Below the pieces are notes generated by a model, which was given only the letters and a program-made list of their open reading frames with translations, was not told where the DNA came from and searched no databases. Positions 60,946 to 64,000 of a DNA stretch of 64,000 bases are shown here, piece after piece (the stretch's first letter is position 1; each line of letters opens with the position of its first letter). The stretch covers positions 3,968,001 through 4,032,000 of the forward strand of contig NZ_JAQNDL010000001.1 of the NCBI RefSeq assembly GCF_028368995.1. Reading direction: 5' to 3'. Made by a program: the position numbers and the translations under genes. The DNA comes from Nannocystis bainbridge (GTDB lineage Bacteria; Myxococcota_A; Polyangia; Nannocystales; Nannocystaceae).

Positions 60946-62622
60946 GTGCGCCGCCGCAGCTTCCTCGCCGGGACCGCCGCGCTCGCGTGCGGTCGGCCGC
61001 GCAGGGTCGAGCCTGGCTTCGGCGAGACGCGCGACACCGTCGCCGCCCTGCTCGACGCCTGGCGCGAGAAGATGCCCGTCGTCGGCCTCAGCATCGCCCT
61101 CGTCGATCGCGGCGAGCTCGCCTGGGCCACCGGCTTCGGCATGGCCGACCGCGAGGCGCGGCAGCCTGCCACCGCCGACACCGTCTACGCGATCGGCTCG
61201 CTCACCAAGATCTACACCGCCCTCGCGGCCGTGCGCGCCGCGCAGGCCGGCCGGCTCGACCTCGAGGCCCCGCTGCAGCGCCACCTCCCGCAGTTGCGCG
61301 CGCTCGGCAGCGACGCCATCCGCTTGCGTCAGCTCCTCTGTCACCGCTCCGGCCTCGTCTCCGACTGGCACCGCGGCAGCCTCGGCGCGCGCCCGCCCGA
61401 CTGGCGACGCGTCGCCGACGAGGTCGCCGAGGAGCCCCTGCTCGCCGCGCCCGACAGCTGGTACGCCTACTCCAACGTCGGCTACACCCTCATGGGACAT
61501 GTCCTCGACGACATGTCCGATAAACCATATCAAGAGCACGTCCTCGACGTCGCCCGCCTCGCGCTCGGCGGCTCCGGCCTGGGCTTCGACCCGCCCCCCG
61601 GCATGGCCGCCAGCTACTGCGCCGGCCAGCGCGAGCACGAGCCGCGCCTGCGCCTGCAGCCCGCCGCCGGCATGTTCGGCAGCGTCCTCGATCTCGTCCC
61701 GCTGCTGCGCTGGCTGCTCGCCGGTGAGGGCGCCGCCGCGGCCATGCTCACCCCGCAGTCGGCCGGCCCGCTCGATTTCGACGAGCGCTGGGGCCTCGGC
61801 CTCGCCCTGCAGCACGTCGGCCTCGCCCACGCCGGCCGCGTCGCCTGGCACACCGGCCGCACCTTCGGCCACCGCGCCGCCCTGTTCGCCCTGCCCGATC
61901 GCGGCCTCGGCGTCGCCGTGCTCGCCAACTTCCGCGAGGCCGGCGGCGTCGAGGACCTCGCCGCCTTCGCCCTCCAGACCGCCCTGCTCGAGCGCGACGG
62001 CCTCGACCTCCCGCCCAGCGCCGGCGACGCCGAAGCCCGCCCGCGCGCCCCCTTCGACCCCGCCGCGCTGCAGGCCCACGTCGGCCGCTACGCCCACGAG
62101 TTCGACGTCGTCCGCCTCGCCGTCGAGCGCGGCGGCCTGGTCTCGCGCGCCGAGATCGGCAAGACCGCGCTGATCCCCGCGGCGGGCGGCGGCTTCCACA
62201 GCGCCGACAACCCCGACGCTCACGTCACCATCGCCGAGCGCGCCGGCCACCACGTCGTCACCAGCACCGTGCGCGGCGTCGAGACCCGGATCGGTGTGCG
62301 CTGTCCCTTCGAACATGTCCCCGAGGACTGGCTCCGCCGCGTCGGCCGCTACACCGTCGACGCCGGCCCCGACGAGGTCGTCGCCTTCAAGGCCGCCCAC
62401 CTCACCGCCGTCGAGGGCGGCCTCGAGCTCCGCCTCGAGCTGCCGCAAGCGTTCGCCACCAGCTCGACCCTGGCCCGCTACGCGCTCATCGTCACCGGCC
62501 CACACGAGGCCCGGACCTTCGGTGTCGGCCGCGGCAAGGGCCAGCGCGTCGCGGCCTTCGACGGCCCCGAGGGCCCCGAGCTGGCATGGGCCGGCTACCG
62601 CCTGCTCCGCAGCGACGCCTGA
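60946..62622 (+). CDS. Serine hydrolase (beta-lactamase class C-like), Tat lipoprotein
   Basis: RRRSFL..ALAC, SxxK (SLTK), YSN and HTG. Confidence 0.88.
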   Translation: MRRRSFLAGTAALACGRPRRVEPGFGETRDTVAALLDAWREKMPVVGLSIALVDRGELAWATGFGMADREARQPATADTVYAIGSLTKIYTALAAVRAAQAGRLDLEAPLQRHLPQLRALGSDAIRLRQLLCHRSGLVSDWHRGSLGARPPDWRRVADEVAEEPLLAAPDSWYAYSNVGYTLMGHVLDDMSDKPYQEHVLDVARLALGGSGLGFDPPPGMAASYCAGQREHEPRLRLQPAAGMFGSVLDLVPLLRWLLAGEGAAAAMLTPQSAGPLDFDERWGLGLALQHVGLAHAGRVAWHTGRTFGHRAALFALPDRGLGVAVLANFREAGGVEDLAAFALQTALLERDGLDLPPSAGDAEARPRAPFDPAALQAHVGRYAHEFDVVRLAVERGGLVSRAEIGKTALIPAAGGGFHSADNPDAHVTIAERAGHHVVTSTVRGVETRIGVRCPFEHVPEDWLRRVGRYTVDAGPDEVVAFKAAHLTAVEGGLELRLELPQAFATSSTLARYALIVTGPHEARTFGVGRGKGQRVAAFDGPEGPELAWAGYRLLRSDA

Positions 62623-62853
62623 GGCCGGGCGGCAGAGTCAGTGTCTCGGAATCACATGTCCCAAGGGACAGCCAATCTCGAAGCGCAAGCGCGTCGCTCG
62701 ACAGGTCGGCGCCGCTCCTCGGTCCAGCGCTGGGCCACGCGCGGCGGTTCCGCAGCCCGGCTACCGCCTGCTCCGTAGCGACGCCTGACGCCGGGCGGCA
62801 GCGCCCGACGCCTCCGAATCACATGTCCCGAGTGACAGCCAACCTCGAAGCGC
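62591..62853. repeat. ~96-bp imperfect direct repeat of the gene 3' end plus 14-bp motif
   Basis: 62591-62686 versus 62757-62853 (ccggctaccgcctgctccg..gaatcacatgtccc..gacagccaa..tcgaagcgc). Confidence 0.85.
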
Positions 62854-62899
62854 GAGAACCTCTCTCGCGCCAGCAATCAACCTGTCTCAAGAAACAGCC

Positions 62900-64000
62900 T
62901 CAAGCCCGCGCCCGTCGCCGCCGCAACCCGACCAGCATGAGCCCCGCGAGCCAGCCCCCGCTCCCCGCTCCGCCGCCCGAGCAGGCGCACCCGGGCACGA
63001 TCAGCCCGTCCGCGGGGTTCGTCGTCGCCCCGTCCTCCGAAGTCCCCGCCGTCGTCCCGCTGCCCGGCTCACCCGTCGAGCCGCCCGTCGTCGGCCCGCC
63101 CGTCGTCGGGCCCCCCGTCGTCGGCTCGTCCGGCCCGCCCGTGCTGTCCTCGCTCGCCGGCCACGCCGTGCAGCGGTCGGGGTCCCACGAATCACCGAGC
63201 TCGTCGATCTCACACACGTACGGCGCGCCCACGCAGACCGCGAGCGCCGGCGAATCCTGCGTCAGCGTCTGCGCCCCGAGCTGATCGACCAGCGTATCCC
63301 CGTGACAGAGCTCCGACCCCGGGGCCGTCTCGCCGGTCACCAGGTTGCGCAGCACCACCTGCGCACAGAACGGCCCCGTGTTGCGCGAGCGGAAATCGAA
63401 GCTCGACGTCACGAACCTCTCCTCGACCACGAACCCGCCGACCACCAGCGTCGCGCTCACCATCGACGCGGCCTCGTCGCTCGCGCCCGGCACCTGCCCC
63501 TCGAAGTCGACGCGCAGCCGCCCCGTCCACTGCAGCGGCACGCACTCACCCTCGGCGAAGCCCACCGATCCCCCGCCGCTGCCGCACCCCCCGGAGAACG
63601 CCGGGAACGCCCCGTCGCAGCACACCAGGTTGTCGAGCGTCAGCACCTCGGTGACCTCCGCCGCCTCCTTGCTGCTCACCTCCGGCGCGACCAGCGGCGG
63701 CATCACCCCGCTGCCCGTGCTCACCTCGAACTCGAACGGCTCGAACTCGAGGCCGCAGGTCGGATCGCCCGGCGTCGCCTCGACGTTGTGGATCGTGCCG
63801 GCCACCACATACGTGCTGTCGGCCGCCAGCGGCCCCGCCGGCCGCCAGCCGAGCAGCCCGTCGATCCCCGTCGACTCGAGCTGCCCCGCCACCGGCATCC
63901 CGCCCAGCGTCACCTCCACCGTCATCACGTCGAGTGGCACCGGCACCTGCGACGGCCCCGACACCTTCAGCAAGATCATCGCGTCGAGCGGCAGCTCGCG
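62900..64000 (-). CDS. Ig-like surface protein with MYXO-CTERM-type tail, 5' end outside window
   Basis: WRPAGPLAADSTY Ig-like segment, PTTGG repeats and GCAC-TM-RRRRAR. Confidence 0.8.
   Translation of the reverse strand, partial: RELPLDAMILLKVSGPSQVPVPLDVMTVEVTLGGMPVAGQLESTGIDGLLGWRPAGPLAADSTYVVAGTIHNVEATPGDPTCGLEFEPFEFEVSTGSGVMPPLVAPEVSSKEAAEVTEVLTLDNLVCCDGAFPAFSGGCGSGGGSVGFAEGECVPLQWTGRLRVDFEGQVPGASDEAASMVSATLVVGGFVVEERFVTSSFDFRSRNTGPFCAQVVLRNLVTGETAPGSELCHGDTLVDQLGAQTLTQDSPALAVCVGAPYVCEIDELGDSWDPDRCTAWPASEDSTGGPDEPTTGGPTTGGPTTGGSTGEPGSGTTAGTSEDGATTNPADGLIVPGCACSGGGAGSGGWLAGLMLVGLRRRRARA

Overview
High-GC bacterial DNA, most likely a myxobacterium (Nannocystis-like, inferred from three MYXO-CTERM-type tails and many Thr/Asp/Gly-linker, Cys-rich lipoproteins). 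About 50 CDS can be supported. They include signalling genes (His-less kinase/REC/class III cyclase plus a hybrid kinase; H-NOX plus a His-less HNOBA kinase; an ECF sigma/anti-sigma cluster), surface proteins, a pentaheme cytochrome c, an orphan Ehr/HyfG-like subunit, a Ski2-like helicase, glpX, an rlmM-like methyltransferase, an Mrr-type nuclease and small metabolic modules. No rRNA, tRNA, CRISPR array or transposase was seen. The strongest unexplained signal is a degenerate 14-bp palindrome, TGTCCC-NN-GGGACA (loosely TGYYYYNNRRRRCA), seen by eye at about 30 loci. It occurs as single copies, as exactly phased head-to-tail arrays of 3-6 units ending at stop codons, and inside genes where it appears to override the GC-rich codon usage. 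All calls come from reading the sequence and the ORF track; no database searches were run.
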